Below, piece after piece: positions 28,888-38,168 of a DNA stretch of 64,000 bases (position 1 is its first letter; each line of letters begins with the position of its first letter). The notes beneath the pieces were generated by a model, which saw only the letters and a program-made list of their open reading frames with translations, had not been told where the DNA came from and made no database searches. Where the stretch lies: positions 544,636 to 608,635 of the forward strand of contig CAXHRJ010000001.1 in the NCBI GenBank assembly GCA_964018915.1. Reading direction: 5' to 3'. This stretch comes from an uncultured Bacilli bacterium (lineage in GTDB: Bacteria; Bacillota_I; Bacilli_A; RF39; UBA660). The translations under genes were made by a program, and so were the position numbers.

Positions 28888-29445
28888 TTAAGAATTATAT
28901 TTTGCTACTAAAACTTTATTTTTCTCTAATAAACCTTCTTCTCTTGCAAAAGAAGGCTCTACTACATGCTCCGAATAACAAGTTCTCTCTTGTTCTTCTA
29001 GCTTTTTACACTTTTCTCCATATTCTAAGGCCCATTCTCTTACTTTTCTCATACTATCAATATTCTCTTCATTTTCTAACCAAGCAATAACATCCTCATC
29101 CGTTAAAACTTTACCCTTATAATGAAACTCCCCATTTGGATAATTTTGCACCATATGTCTAGAAATAGGCCACTGTCTTGCTTCTACACCAATGCAAACT
29201 TCTAAAGGAGGATCTACCATTTCCTTCCAATGTGGATAACAAAAAACAACTGGTATATCTGTTCCATATAATTTATATCCTGTTGCGGTAGACGTAGTTC
29301 CATCTAATAAAATCCCACTAGAAAGATGTAGATTTCTAACACCCATCCAACCTCTATTATAACTTTCTTTCCAACTGTTAGGTAATAAGATTTTTCTTTT
29401 TTTTACAAGAATTCCTTCTAAAATTGTATTTTTATCTTTCTGCAT
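28888..29445 (-). CDS. hypothetical protein co-transcribed with fmt (not recognisable as peptide deformylase)
   Basis: Occupies the position usually held by def but lacks GxGxAAxQ/EGCLS/HExxH motifs. Confidence 0.4.
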   Translation of the reverse strand: MQKDKNTILEGILVKKRKILLPNSWKESYNRGWMGVRNLHLSSGILLDGTTSTATGYKLYGTDIPVVFCYPHWKEMVDPPLEVCIGVEARQWPISRHMVQNYPNGEFHYKGKVLTDEDVIAWLENEENIDSMRKVREWALEYGEKCKKLEEQERTCYSEHVVEPSFAREEGLLEKNKVLVAKYNS

Positions 29446-29557
29446 TTTTTCTTTCTCCTTATAATTTTATACTTATATTCTATCATATAATGAATAGATA
29501 TTTGCATAATTTTAAGATTTTTTCTTTATTATTTGTTATAATAATCTAGGTGATTTT

Positions 29558-30094
29558 ATGAATCTAAAAGATTTAAATACCCCTGAAAAAGTTATGGAAT
29601 TTATGGGAAACATTGACTACGGGTGGATTGGAACAGATAACAAAATTAGAACAAACACAATTAAAGGAATCCAAAAATTCTATCGAACACAGAGTCCTAA
29701 TGAACTATTAACTACTAGATATGGAATTTGTATTGATGATGTAGAACTTGAAAGGCTATTACTTTCCCCTTACTATCATACAAAATCATTCGCTATTATA
29801 TCCTCCATCATCTTCCATTCTTTCTTACTATTAGAAAAAAATGGAGTATACACTTACTTTGAATACTCTTCCTATAAAAATAGAGGAATTAATCACTTTC
29901 TAACAGAGGAAGAAGCTTTAGAACATGCCCTAAAAAGTTTCATGAAATCTCATAATATAAAAAACAGAAATAAGCTTTTTTTAGTAGAATATCCTACTAT
30001 TCCCCCTAATACTACCTTTGAAGAAATGAAAAATATCCTTACTAAAAGACCAAATCTATTAGATAAAAACAATAAAGATATGAAAACTTACTAA
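29558..30094 (+). CDS. hypothetical protein
   Basis: ORF only; convergent with the Rhs orphan array. Confidence 0.35.
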   Translation: MNLKDLNTPEKVMEFMGNIDYGWIGTDNKIRTNTIKGIQKFYRTQSPNELLTTRYGICIDDVELERLLLSPYYHTKSFAIISSIIFHSFLLLEKNGVYTYFEYSSYKNRGINHFLTEEEALEHALKSFMKSHNIKNRNKLFLVEYPTIPPNTTFEEMKNILTKRPNLLDKNNKDMKTY

Positions 30095-30152
30095 TTTTCA
30101 TATCTTTTTCATTCTATTTTTTATATAAAATTTTACATACATATATTAGCCA

Positions 30153-30593
30153 TTAACCTCTATAGGTATCCTCTTCTTCATATCCACCCATATAATAAAT
30201 GTCTACATCGTAAAATGCGCCTATTTGATGAAAAAAATCTATATCTTTTGGATTCAAATATACTGATGGACACTGACTTCCATATATTTCAATAACTAAA
30301 GAAAAAACAAAATCACAATTCCATTTTTGCTTTATTTGTTGAAGTTCTTTTGTTTTAGGCAATAACTTCCTAATTAACTTCCTTAATGGTTTACAAGAGT
30401 CTGGAGAGAATTCATATTTAGTTGATATCTCCCATCTGCCAACTTTTTTTGATATTGGAAAAGATACACTTTTATCATTTCTATTAAATGATTCATCTGG
30501 TGTTATTTCTAACAATTGAGTAATAATATCCGTATTAATATTTTTTCCTTCTATACAAAACTCTGCTTTTACTAAAGATTTCCATTCTTCCAT
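30153..30593 (-). CDS. putative immunity protein of the terminal orphan toxin cassette
   Basis: ATG 7 nt after the stop of the degenerate orphan C-terminal module; position equivalent to other immunity genes in the array. Confidence 0.45.
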   Translation of the reverse strand: MEEWKSLVKAEFCIEGKNINTDIITQLLEITPDESFNRNDKSVSFPISKKVGRWEISTKYEFSPDSCKPLRKLIRKLLPKTKELQQIKQKWNCDFVFSLVIEIYGSQCPSVYLNPKDIDFFHQIGAFYDVDIYYMGGYEEEDTYRG

Positions 30594-30602
30594 TCATGCA
30601 CC

Positions 30603-31149
30603 TCATTTTATCTTTATATATGTATTGATTCCCCCATGTTGTGCGCCTCTAGGAAAAATCCATATGTAGCCATCATCCTTATTTAAATATATATCACAAC
30701 GAGAACCATTTTTTTAAATCCATATTCTTTTTTAAAGGAGTGTATAAAACAGTTGCAGTTGTTCCAATAACAATAGCTATTCCAATAGCAATATCATCCG
30801 CTATTGCTATCATACCACTAGGATCACTAAACATAATAGGATTGTTACTACAATACACATATAGGTTATATTCTAAGATATCTCCATTTGCTCCTAATAT
30901 ACTATCAGCACTTATAAATCTTCCTAAAGTTGGATTATAGTATCTACTATTTAAATAATATAGATTAGTTTCTGTATCATAGTAGTATCCTCTATATCTA
31001 TATGGGTTTATATCTCCTATATTATCTTCTGTTAGATTATTTACTGTTACTACTCCCCATGTGTTATATGTATAGTTTGCTACAGCATTAAATTCAAAAT
31101 CTAATATCTCTATTATATCACCTTGTATGTTTTTTACAAAGTAATATAT
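30603..31149 (-). pseudogene. orphan Rhs core 3' fragment + degenerate C-terminal toxin module (frameshifted)
   Basis: Bases 30818-31149 are near-identical to the 3' end of the main rhs core (…YYFVKNIQGDIIEIL…RYYNPTLGRFISADS…MFSDPSG). After PSG the frame gives 41 aa then a stop. A +2 frame continues (DDGYIWIFPRGAQHGG...) to a TGA 7 nt before the next ATG. Confidence 0.5.
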
Positions 31150-31159
31150 GTTATTATAA

Positions 31160-31215
31160 AGAAAAAGAATTGATCTTTTTATTCAATTCTTTCTTCATTT
31201 TTTATGGAGTTTTAC
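31160..31215 (-). terminator. terminator downstream of immunity gene 31225-31719
   Basis: GAAGAAAGAATTGA...TCAATTCTTTTTCTT hairpin then T-rich run; orphan core repeat begins immediately after. Confidence 0.45.
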
Positions 31216-31224
31216 TTAATTTTA

Positions 31225-31719
31225 TTAAATATCATAATCTATAGATAAACTATCAAAAAGTTTGTCTATAGTAACATAATATAATTGCAAATCATCATAA
31301 GCCATATTATAACAAGTTTCGTCATACTCAACTTTATCTAAATCTGATAAATATTTTTTAGTTAATATATCTATATATTCTCTAATTCCCATATTAAAGT
31401 TTAAATTAACTGACATAAGTTTCATTATATCATTAATGCAACTTTTTATACTATCTAATGTATCGTCTGATAAAAAACTCAAAGTATCATTCAAAATACA
31501 TTCCAAGTAATCAATACGCTTTTGTGGTGAAACATGCAAAGTTGAAGTTCCAATAATATATCCTAATGTTATTTCTTTGAACTTTTTTTCTTGACTTACA
31601 AATTTATTTTTTAATTTTGATTTTCTTAAGCATTCAATGCTTTTAAAGAATACTAATTCTCCCACTTCAACAACATTAACTTTTGTATGTCTAAGAAACA
31701 TATAATTACCTCCTATCAT
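31225..31719 (-). CDS. putative immunity protein for orphan toxin CT2
   Basis: Start overlaps the orphan toxin stop (ATGA), typical toxin-immunity coupling. Confidence 0.5.
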   Translation of the reverse strand: MIGGNYMFLRHTKVNVVEVGELVFFKSIECLRKSKLKNKFVSQEKKFKEITLGYIIGTSTLHVSPQKRIDYLECILNDTLSFLSDDTLDSIKSCINDIMKLMSVNLNFNMGIREYIDILTKKYLSDLDKVEYDETCYNMAYDDLQLYYVTIDKLFDSLSIDYDI

Positions 31720-32611
31720 GGTTTATAATGATGATGATAGCCATCTTTAGGATCCCACTCAAATCGAAAGATACTACCATAGTTTCCACTTTTTTTATAG
31801 CCTGAGATGTTTATAAATGTTAACCCAGGTCTATTATATTTTAATTCAAAACTAGGATTTCTATAAAGAAATTCTACATTTTTTATTTTATACCCATTAC
31901 CATTATTGATTTTAGGAAATTTTCCTGATTTTACTGATGTATCAACCACTACACTACTTAATAATATAGGCCCTGCAATATCATTTCCTAAACTATAACC
32001 AATGTTGTACCAATTACCACTTTTTATTGCACCAGAAACATTATTATATATATTTCCAATTACTTTATGTGGAAGCCAATTTCCACTTGTAATATATGAA
32101 ATTGAAGAATCAAATGTTCCTACGGGGTCAGTCACTGCTTCATATGCAAATTTAAATGGAAATGTAACTGTATCAATAGTACAATCGCCTATTCCTACTA
32201 ATAAACCATGACTAAATTTTACAGCATCTTTTCCAAATTTCTTAGCTCCTTCTACTAAATCATCTAGAAAAGAATTTCCAGAAGAATCACTAAACATAAT
32301 AGGATTGTTACTACAATATGCATATTGGTTATATTCTAAGATATCTCCATTTGCTCCTAATATACTATCAGCACTTATAAATCTGCCTAAAGTTGGACTA
32401 TAGTATCTACTATTTAAATAATATAGATTAGTTTCTGTATCATAGTAGTATCCTCTATATCTATATGGGTTTATATCTCCTATATTATCTTCTGTTAGAT
32501 TATTTACTGTTACTACTCCCCATGTGTTATATGTATAGTTTGCTACAGCATTAAATTCACAATCTAATATTTCTATTATATCACCTTGTATGTTTTTTAC
32601 AAAGTAATATG
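31716..32611 (-). CDS. orphan Rhs core 3' fragment fused to an alternative C-terminal toxin domain (unknown type)
   Basis: Bases 32285-32611 are ~95% identical to the main rhs 3' core. They encode …DPIMFSDSSG, then a 185-aa C-terminal domain (GN/W-rich, ends GYHHHYKP) with no similarity to the GIY-YIG tip. The frame is open through the repeat. Confidence 0.6.
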
Positions 32612-32617
32612 CTTCTA

Positions 32618-32656
32618 CTAATAATAAAAAGAAACTGTTGCAATCCAGTTTCTTTC
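32618..32656 (-). terminator. rho-independent terminator after immunity paralog 32663-33679
   Basis: AAAGAAACTG-gattgcaa-CAGTTTCTTT perfect 10-bp stem followed by U-rich run on minus strand. Confidence 0.65.
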
Positions 32657-32662
32657 AAACTT

Positions 32663-33679
32663 CTATAATAAACCTCTTTTTTTTAAGAATTCCTCTATTC
32701 TTTTATCTTTCTCTTCTCTGTTAATTCCTCTTTTTTCCCAATAATCTAATTGATAAATTTCAGCCTGTTTTAAGTTATAATTTTTGTATGATTCAATTAC
32801 CGAATATTCTAAAGACTTCCACAAAACATTCTTTTCAAGACTTGTTGTCGTAAAACTTCCTTTATTAGAAACATTATATTCAATTTTTGGAAAAACTATT
32901 TTGTTATCAAAATTTCCTATATATTGTAATTCTTTTGGAATTACCCTTTTTGACGATGTAAGTATTTGAAATTCATAGAAAGGTGTGAGTTTATTTTCAT
33001 CTTTTGGCTGTCTCAGATCGTCTACAGTAACATCTACTATATACTTGTACATATATGTATATAGACCACTTTGAATATATTCTAATTCATTTATTTCTTC
33101 TACTGTTGTTGGTATCTTTCCTTTTTTGGTTACTTTTATTTTTACCACTGGCATTATACTTTCCAAATAGCAATTGGACATTCTTACCACAATTAAAATC
33201 AAATATTGACTATCTAGTCCTACTTTCTTCGCTTCTTCACTTTTTAATGGATATGCAAATACATCCCCTATTTGCCATTCACATTTATATGGTTTTCCAT
33301 AACTTTTTACTTTCTTTTCTGAAGATTGTGGAGTATTTAACTTTTCTTTTAATTCTAATAATACCCTTTTTCGTTGTTCTAATAACTTAGAATTTTCTTC
33401 CCATCTTTTTAAATCTATTTCGCTATCTATTACTTTAATTGCATTTTCCTTTACTTTATCTAAAAGCCTTCCATATTTCCATTGAATATCTGACAATGCA
33501 AGCCAAAAGATTGATTCTTCCTCCTCATCCTTATGACTTGTATATTCTTCTATTAACTTTTCTGTTATTTCTTCATTACTTATACCTTTTCTCAATGCTT
33601 CTATATATTCTTCTTTTACATCGTATGCTACATCATCTTGGTATAATTTTACTCCCCATGATCCCATATTATCCTCCAT
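32663..33679 (-). CDS. immunity protein paralog (shared N-terminal WGVKLYQDDVA domain + C-domain homologous to 37182-38165)
   Basis: MEDNMGSWGVKLYQDDVAYDVKEEY…, and C-part YGKPYKCEWQIGDVFAYPLKSEEAK…PVVKIKVTKKGKIPTTVEEINELEYIQS closely matches the cognate immunity protein of the main toxin. Confidence 0.6.
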   Translation of the reverse strand: MEDNMGSWGVKLYQDDVAYDVKEEYIEALRKGISNEEITEKLIEEYTSHKDEEEESIFWLALSDIQWKYGRLLDKVKENAIKVIDSEIDLKRWEENSKLLEQRKRVLLELKEKLNTPQSSEKKVKSYGKPYKCEWQIGDVFAYPLKSEEAKKVGLDSQYLILIVVRMSNCYLESIMPVVKIKVTKKGKIPTTVEEINELEYIQSGLYTYMYKYIVDVTVDDLRQPKDENKLTPFYEFQILTSSKRVIPKELQYIGNFDNKIVFPKIEYNVSNKGSFTTTSLEKNVLWKSLEYSVIESYKNYNLKQAEIYQLDYWEKRGINREEKDKRIEEFLKKRGLL

Positions 33680-33764
33680 ATATGTTTATTATATCATAAC
33701 TTTATTTATAAAAAGAAAAGAACTGAATTATTTTCAGTTCTAAATATAATCAAAATTAATTGAT

Positions 33765-34010
33765 TTATTCTCCATCGTTATACTCTATTTCCTCACAAAT
33801 AACATTAATTTCATTTCCAGACTTTAAAGTTACCAATACTTCTATTTTTCCACTCTCTTCTTTTAATTTTGCTTGATGAACAATATGATTTTCTTTACAA
33901 AAATGATTATAAAGCTCTTCAATTTTTGATTTAGCATCTAATACCTCTACAAAGTATATGTGCTGAACTGGGCCAAAAAAATCACAAGATTGAATATTTA
34001 AATAGATCAC
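33765..34010 (-). CDS. small hypothetical protein in immunity array
   Basis: ORF only. Confidence 0.3.
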   Translation of the reverse strand: MIYLNIQSCDFFGPVQHIYFVEVLDAKSKIEELYNHFCKENHIVHQAKLKEESGKIEVLVTLKSGNEINVICEEIEYNDGE

Positions 34011-34199
34011 ATGATTAAACCTAACTTTTATCTTTTTTTCTTTAACTCATTCTAAATTTGTTACAGATATTTCTATTGTTCGTCTTCTGTAATCATAATT
34101 AAAATCTTCTAATCCATCATTTAATAAATCTAATTTTTTAAGATTTGTTCGTTTTCTTTATTTTTCATTTTCTCACCTTTAATTCAAAAGTTTCAAACT

Positions 34200-35032
34200 C
34201 TATTTTTGAATTAAATCATCTTTTTTTCTTTCCATTTCTGAAATAAGATAATCTTCAAAATTATAAATATTTAACATTGCTACCCCAATTTCTAAACCTT
34301 GTGGATATTTTGTATTAACATCATATTCTAACATACTAATATCATTTGATAAAACAAGAAAACCTGCTTTTTTAAAATCCTGATTATTAAAGCATATTAC
34401 TGCAAATCTATCATCATTTTTTAAACTAGAATTTACAAATTTTAATTCATCAATATTAGGAATATTTCTTTCATCACCAATAAAATTATATAGACTTATC
34501 ACAGGACTTTCATTACAAAATTTATCTTTAGGAATATTATAATAATATTCCTCCTTAATTGCAATTACTCTAAATAATACAAATTTATGATACCATTTAT
34601 GATTCTTAAACTTTTCATCTTTAATTTGATATAGTAATAAGTCTCCTTTTTTAAAAGGGGATAAATAAGAAACTAATTTAGAAACCTTTTTAATAAATGG
34701 CTGTGGTTTCTGCAATTTCTTTTTTAAATCTATCAACACTTTTTTCTTGCATCTAATAGATTTAAATCATCAACCCATTTTTCCAAATCTTTTCCACTAT
34801 CTATATAAGTAATTGCATTTTCCTTTACTTTATCTAAAAGTCTTCCATATCTCCATTGAATATCTGCTAATGCAAGCCAAAAAATTGGTTCATCATCAGA
34901 TAATTCATACTCTTTAATCATAGATTCAGTAACTTCATCATTACTAAGACCTGCTCTTAATTTAATAATATACTCTTCTTTTACATCACATGCTACATCA
35001 TCTTGATATAATTTTACTCCCCATGCTCCCAT
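34200..35032 (-). pseudogene. frameshifted immunity-protein paralog (N-domain ORF 34733-35032 + C-domain ORF 34200-34739)
   Basis: N-part MGAWGVKLYQDDVACDVKEEY…DARKKC stops. The overlapping -1 frame continues LIDLKKKLQKPQPF…, aligning with KRKKVLEELKEKLNTPQP of the intact paralogs. A single indel near 34735 would restore a ~280-aa protein. Confidence 0.55.
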
Positions 35033-36018
35033 ATATTATCCTCCAATGTTTTTTCAACTATTCTTCTTATATAATCATCAGGATCATCTTTCAATGAAAT
35101 AAAAATGTCTAACATAGTATCATCAAAAAACTTTGATAATACGGATAAAGCACCTACCCTTAAATATGGAGTATCTAAATCTTGTAAATATAAATTTCTA
35201 TATTTGCTGCTTGATTCAATATTTCTTCCCTTCAAATATAGTCTTTCTTCTCCTTCGATTTCAAGATCTATACGAATTAAATCTACTCTACCTTTTTCAT
35301 TGACATCTTGCACTAATTGCTCTAAATTATATAACCAATTGCTATCTTTATTTTCTATAGCTATATTAATACTTTGTTTTAAAGAATCTTCCAAGATTAT
35401 TTTTGAAATTTTCTTAAGTCTTGATAAAATCTGAGAAGACCCATACCAATTTAAATCTTGTAACCACATCATTATTTTAGGCAAAAATTTTTCCAATTCC
35501 TTATCAGATTTACTACATACAATTTTTGAGCAATTTTCCCATACCCTCTGTTCGTATTGAGGAACATATGGTTGAATAAATATTTCAAAGTTTGCTAGTT
35601 TCTTTCCTATTTCTATTCCATCATTTTGAAGTTCAACGTCATTTTCATAATCTAACATCTTCAATATCAAAAATCTATTATCAGCAGCTTCAACTTTCTC
35701 TAATATTTCTTTCTTTTTTTCTGATTCTTCCAATAAATCTATTAACCATAAGGTCCATATGTATTTTTTATTAATTAAAGTTTCTTCTATTTTTATTTCT
35801 AATTTTTCATTTATTATTTTTTTAGAAAAACTTTTTAATCTATAATAGATTATAAGAGCTCCTGGAGTATCTATATTTTCAATCCAGTCAAACATTACTG
35901 GCAAAAAAGATATCAACTCTTCATCGTTTTTTGTAGATATAATTCTAGCATACTTATCCCAATCCTTTTTATTTTGTTTTAATAAAAAATGATTAAACAT
36001 CGTATTTATATCCATCAT
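35014..36018 (-). CDS. immunity-like protein with internal tandem duplication (two ~150-aa repeats)
   Basis: Repeated KDWDKYARIISTKNDEELISFLPVMFDWIENIDTPGALIIYYRLKSFSKKII / VWENCSKIVCSKSDKELEKFLPKIMMWLQDLNWYGSSQILSRLKKISKIIL segments; located inside orphan immunity array. Confidence 0.4.
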   Translation of the reverse strand: MMDINTMFNHFLLKQNKKDWDKYARIISTKNDEELISFLPVMFDWIENIDTPGALIIYYRLKSFSKKIINEKLEIKIEETLINKKYIWTLWLIDLLEESEKKKEILEKVEAADNRFLILKMLDYENDVELQNDGIEIGKKLANFEIFIQPYVPQYEQRVWENCSKIVCSKSDKELEKFLPKIMMWLQDLNWYGSSQILSRLKKISKIILEDSLKQSINIAIENKDSNWLYNLEQLVQDVNEKGRVDLIRIDLEIEGEERLYLKGRNIESSSKYRNLYLQDLDTPYLRVGALSVLSKFFDDTMLDIFISLKDDPDDYIRRIVEKTLEDNIWEHGE

Positions 36019-36019
36019 T

Positions 36020-36192
36020 TTAACACTTCCTTACTAAACCAGAGTTTGAAGAACAAGTGTTCCTTTGTGCCCTTTCAGTAATCTCATCCTTACTAAATCC
36101 TGCTCTTAATTTAATAACATATTCTTCTTTTACATCACTTGCTACATAATCTGGATATAATTTTACTCCCCATGCTCTCATATTATCCTCCA
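36020..36192 (-). pseudogene. truncated remnant of the shared immunity N-domain
   Basis: Encodes MEDNMRAWGVKLYPDYVASDVKEEYVIKLRAGFSKDEITE then diverges. It stops 1 nt before the ATG of 35014-36018. Confidence 0.45.
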
Positions 36193-36283
36193 TATGTGTT
36201 TATTATATCATGCATTTATTAATATAAAGAAAAGAACTGAATAAAATCAAGCTCTTTTGCAAAATAAAATATTAATACCTTTT

Positions 36284-37150
36284 TTATAACTTTGATAAAT
36301 CATCTATTGTTATTGGAATTTCTGTAGAAAAGAAACTATTAAATTCAATTCCAATAGATTTTAAATATTCATATTCTTCTCTATTTTCACATTCTATCCA
36401 ACAAACTTTTTCATGTGCCTCAGAGCATAACCAGCATTTATCATCTTTATAAAAACATATATCCATTATACCTTTTGGAAAATCCCAATCATATATAGAA
36501 TCTTTCATAGATACTAGTTCATCGTACATAGTATCATCCAAACAAAATATATATTCTGTTCCATAAAGAGGCAAAGTTCTACAATCACTAATGTGTTTTT
36601 GTTCTAACATTCTTTCTTCAAAAAAAGAATCTATTTTTTTTAAAAAGTGAGAATGATTTCTTTCAATAAACCTTTCAATATTATAATCATAATAAAGCCA
36701 TTCTAATGTATATTTAATTGAAAATAAAAGATTACTGTTAATATAGAAAAAATCAATTGGAAATGAACTATTTGGGCCAAATTCTAAAATTTCGGAAAGA
36801 CAATATTTTTTTATTTCAATATTATCACTATATTTTTTAGCAATATTCTCTATTTCTTCATAAGAAAAATTGATATTTAAATTTCTTTCAGGAAATATTA
36901 CACTTCTTATCTTCTCATGGAATTTTCTATTTTGACCATATCTCCTAAAAAATGATACAATATTGCATTTTTGAATAGCGTATCTTATTAAATTTTTATA
37001 AATTTCAAATGTCATATTAGAAACATCTACATCCACTATTTTACCTCCATTTATACCATATATGAGGATGATTTGGGATTCCATTAACATGAAGATGACG
37101 ATAATATCCTGGAATACCATTTCCGTGGGTTTTATCCTCATAAAAGTCAT
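36284..37150 (-). CDS. hypothetical Cys-containing protein in immunity array
   Basis: ORF only, 31 bp downstream of cognate immunity gene. Confidence 0.35.
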   Translation of the reverse strand: MTFMRIKPTEMVFQDIIVIFMLMESQIILIYGINGGKIVDVDVSNMTFEIYKNLIRYAIQKCNIVSFFRRYGQNRKFHEKIRSVIFPERNLNINFSYEEIENIAKKYSDNIEIKKYCLSEILEFGPNSSFPIDFFYINSNLLFSIKYTLEWLYYDYNIERFIERNHSHFLKKIDSFFEERMLEQKHISDCRTLPLYGTEYIFCLDDTMYDELVSMKDSIYDWDFPKGIMDICFYKDDKCWLCSEAHEKVCWIECENREEYEYLKSIGIEFNSFFSTEIPITIDDLSKL

Positions 37151-37181
37151 CTAATTTTATACTAGATCTTTAACCAAATAA

Positions 37182-38165
37182 TTAAATAATATTTTTAGAT
37201 TTTTTTATTTCTTCCATAATTTTCTCTCCACGTAATCTGCACTCCTCTAAATATTTCTTTCTTTCTTCCCAAAAATTTGGAGCATATATACTACCTTTCC
37301 TTAAATTATAAAACTTATAATTATTAATTACTTTAGTTTCAATTTCTTTCCAATCCAACACGTTCTCGGCAAAATCTTTCATATTAACCATATATTCTAT
37401 TTTAGGTTTTTTTATCTGATTATTAAAATTTCCTATAAATTGTAAACTTTTAGGAATGACTCTATTTGAAGTAGTAATTATACTAAATTCATATTCCGGG
37501 GTAAAACCATACTCATCCTTTGGTAATTTTTGAGCACTTTTCCTTACACTAAAATCAGCCAAATAAACATTACTTTGGATATATTCTAGCTCATTTATTT
37601 CTTCTACTGCTGTTGGAATTTTTCTATTTTTTGTTATTTTTATTTTTACTACTGGAATAATATGTTCTGGATACCATTTTGTTTCTCCTGTTTTTATAAG
37701 TATTAAGTATTGTCCTTCAAAACCAGCTTCTTTTGCTTCTTCACTTTTTAATGGATAGGCAAATACATCGCCTATTTTCCATTCACATTTATATGGTTTT
37801 CCATAACTTCTTACTTTCTTTTCTGAAGGTTGTGGAGTATTTAACTTTTCTTTTAATTCTTCCAATACTTTTTTTCTCTTCCCATATAGTTTAGGATTTT
37901 CATCCCATCTTTCTAAATCCACTTCGCTATCTATAAATTTAATGGCATTACTTTTCACCTCTTGTAATAATCTACCATAATTCCACTGCGTATCTGCAAG
38001 TGCAAACCAAAAGATTGGTTCATCATCTATATCTCCCGTATACTCATTTATTAGTTTTTCAGTTATTTCTTCATTACTTATACCTTTTTTTAATGCTTCT
38101 ACATATTCAGTTTTTACATCACATGCTACATCATCTTGGTATAACTTTACTCCCCATGATCCCAT
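37182..38165 (-). CDS. cognate immunity protein of the Rhs GIY-YIG toxin
   Basis: ATG 3 nt after the rhs stop with RBS GGAGGA inside the last rhs codons; N-terminal MGSWGVKLYQDDVACDV domain shared with paralogs. Confidence 0.65.
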   Translation of the reverse strand: MGSWGVKLYQDDVACDVKTEYVEALKKGISNEEITEKLINEYTGDIDDEPIFWFALADTQWNYGRLLQEVKSNAIKFIDSEVDLERWDENPKLYGKRKKVLEELKEKLNTPQPSEKKVRSYGKPYKCEWKIGDVFAYPLKSEEAKEAGFEGQYLILIKTGETKWYPEHIIPVVKIKITKNRKIPTAVEEINELEYIQSNVYLADFSVRKSAQKLPKDEYGFTPEYEFSIITTSNRVIPKSLQFIGNFNNQIKKPKIEYMVNMKDFAENVLDWKEIETKVINNYKFYNLRKGSIYAPNFWEERKKYLEECRLRGEKIMEEIKKSKNII

Positions 38166-38168
38166 ATA

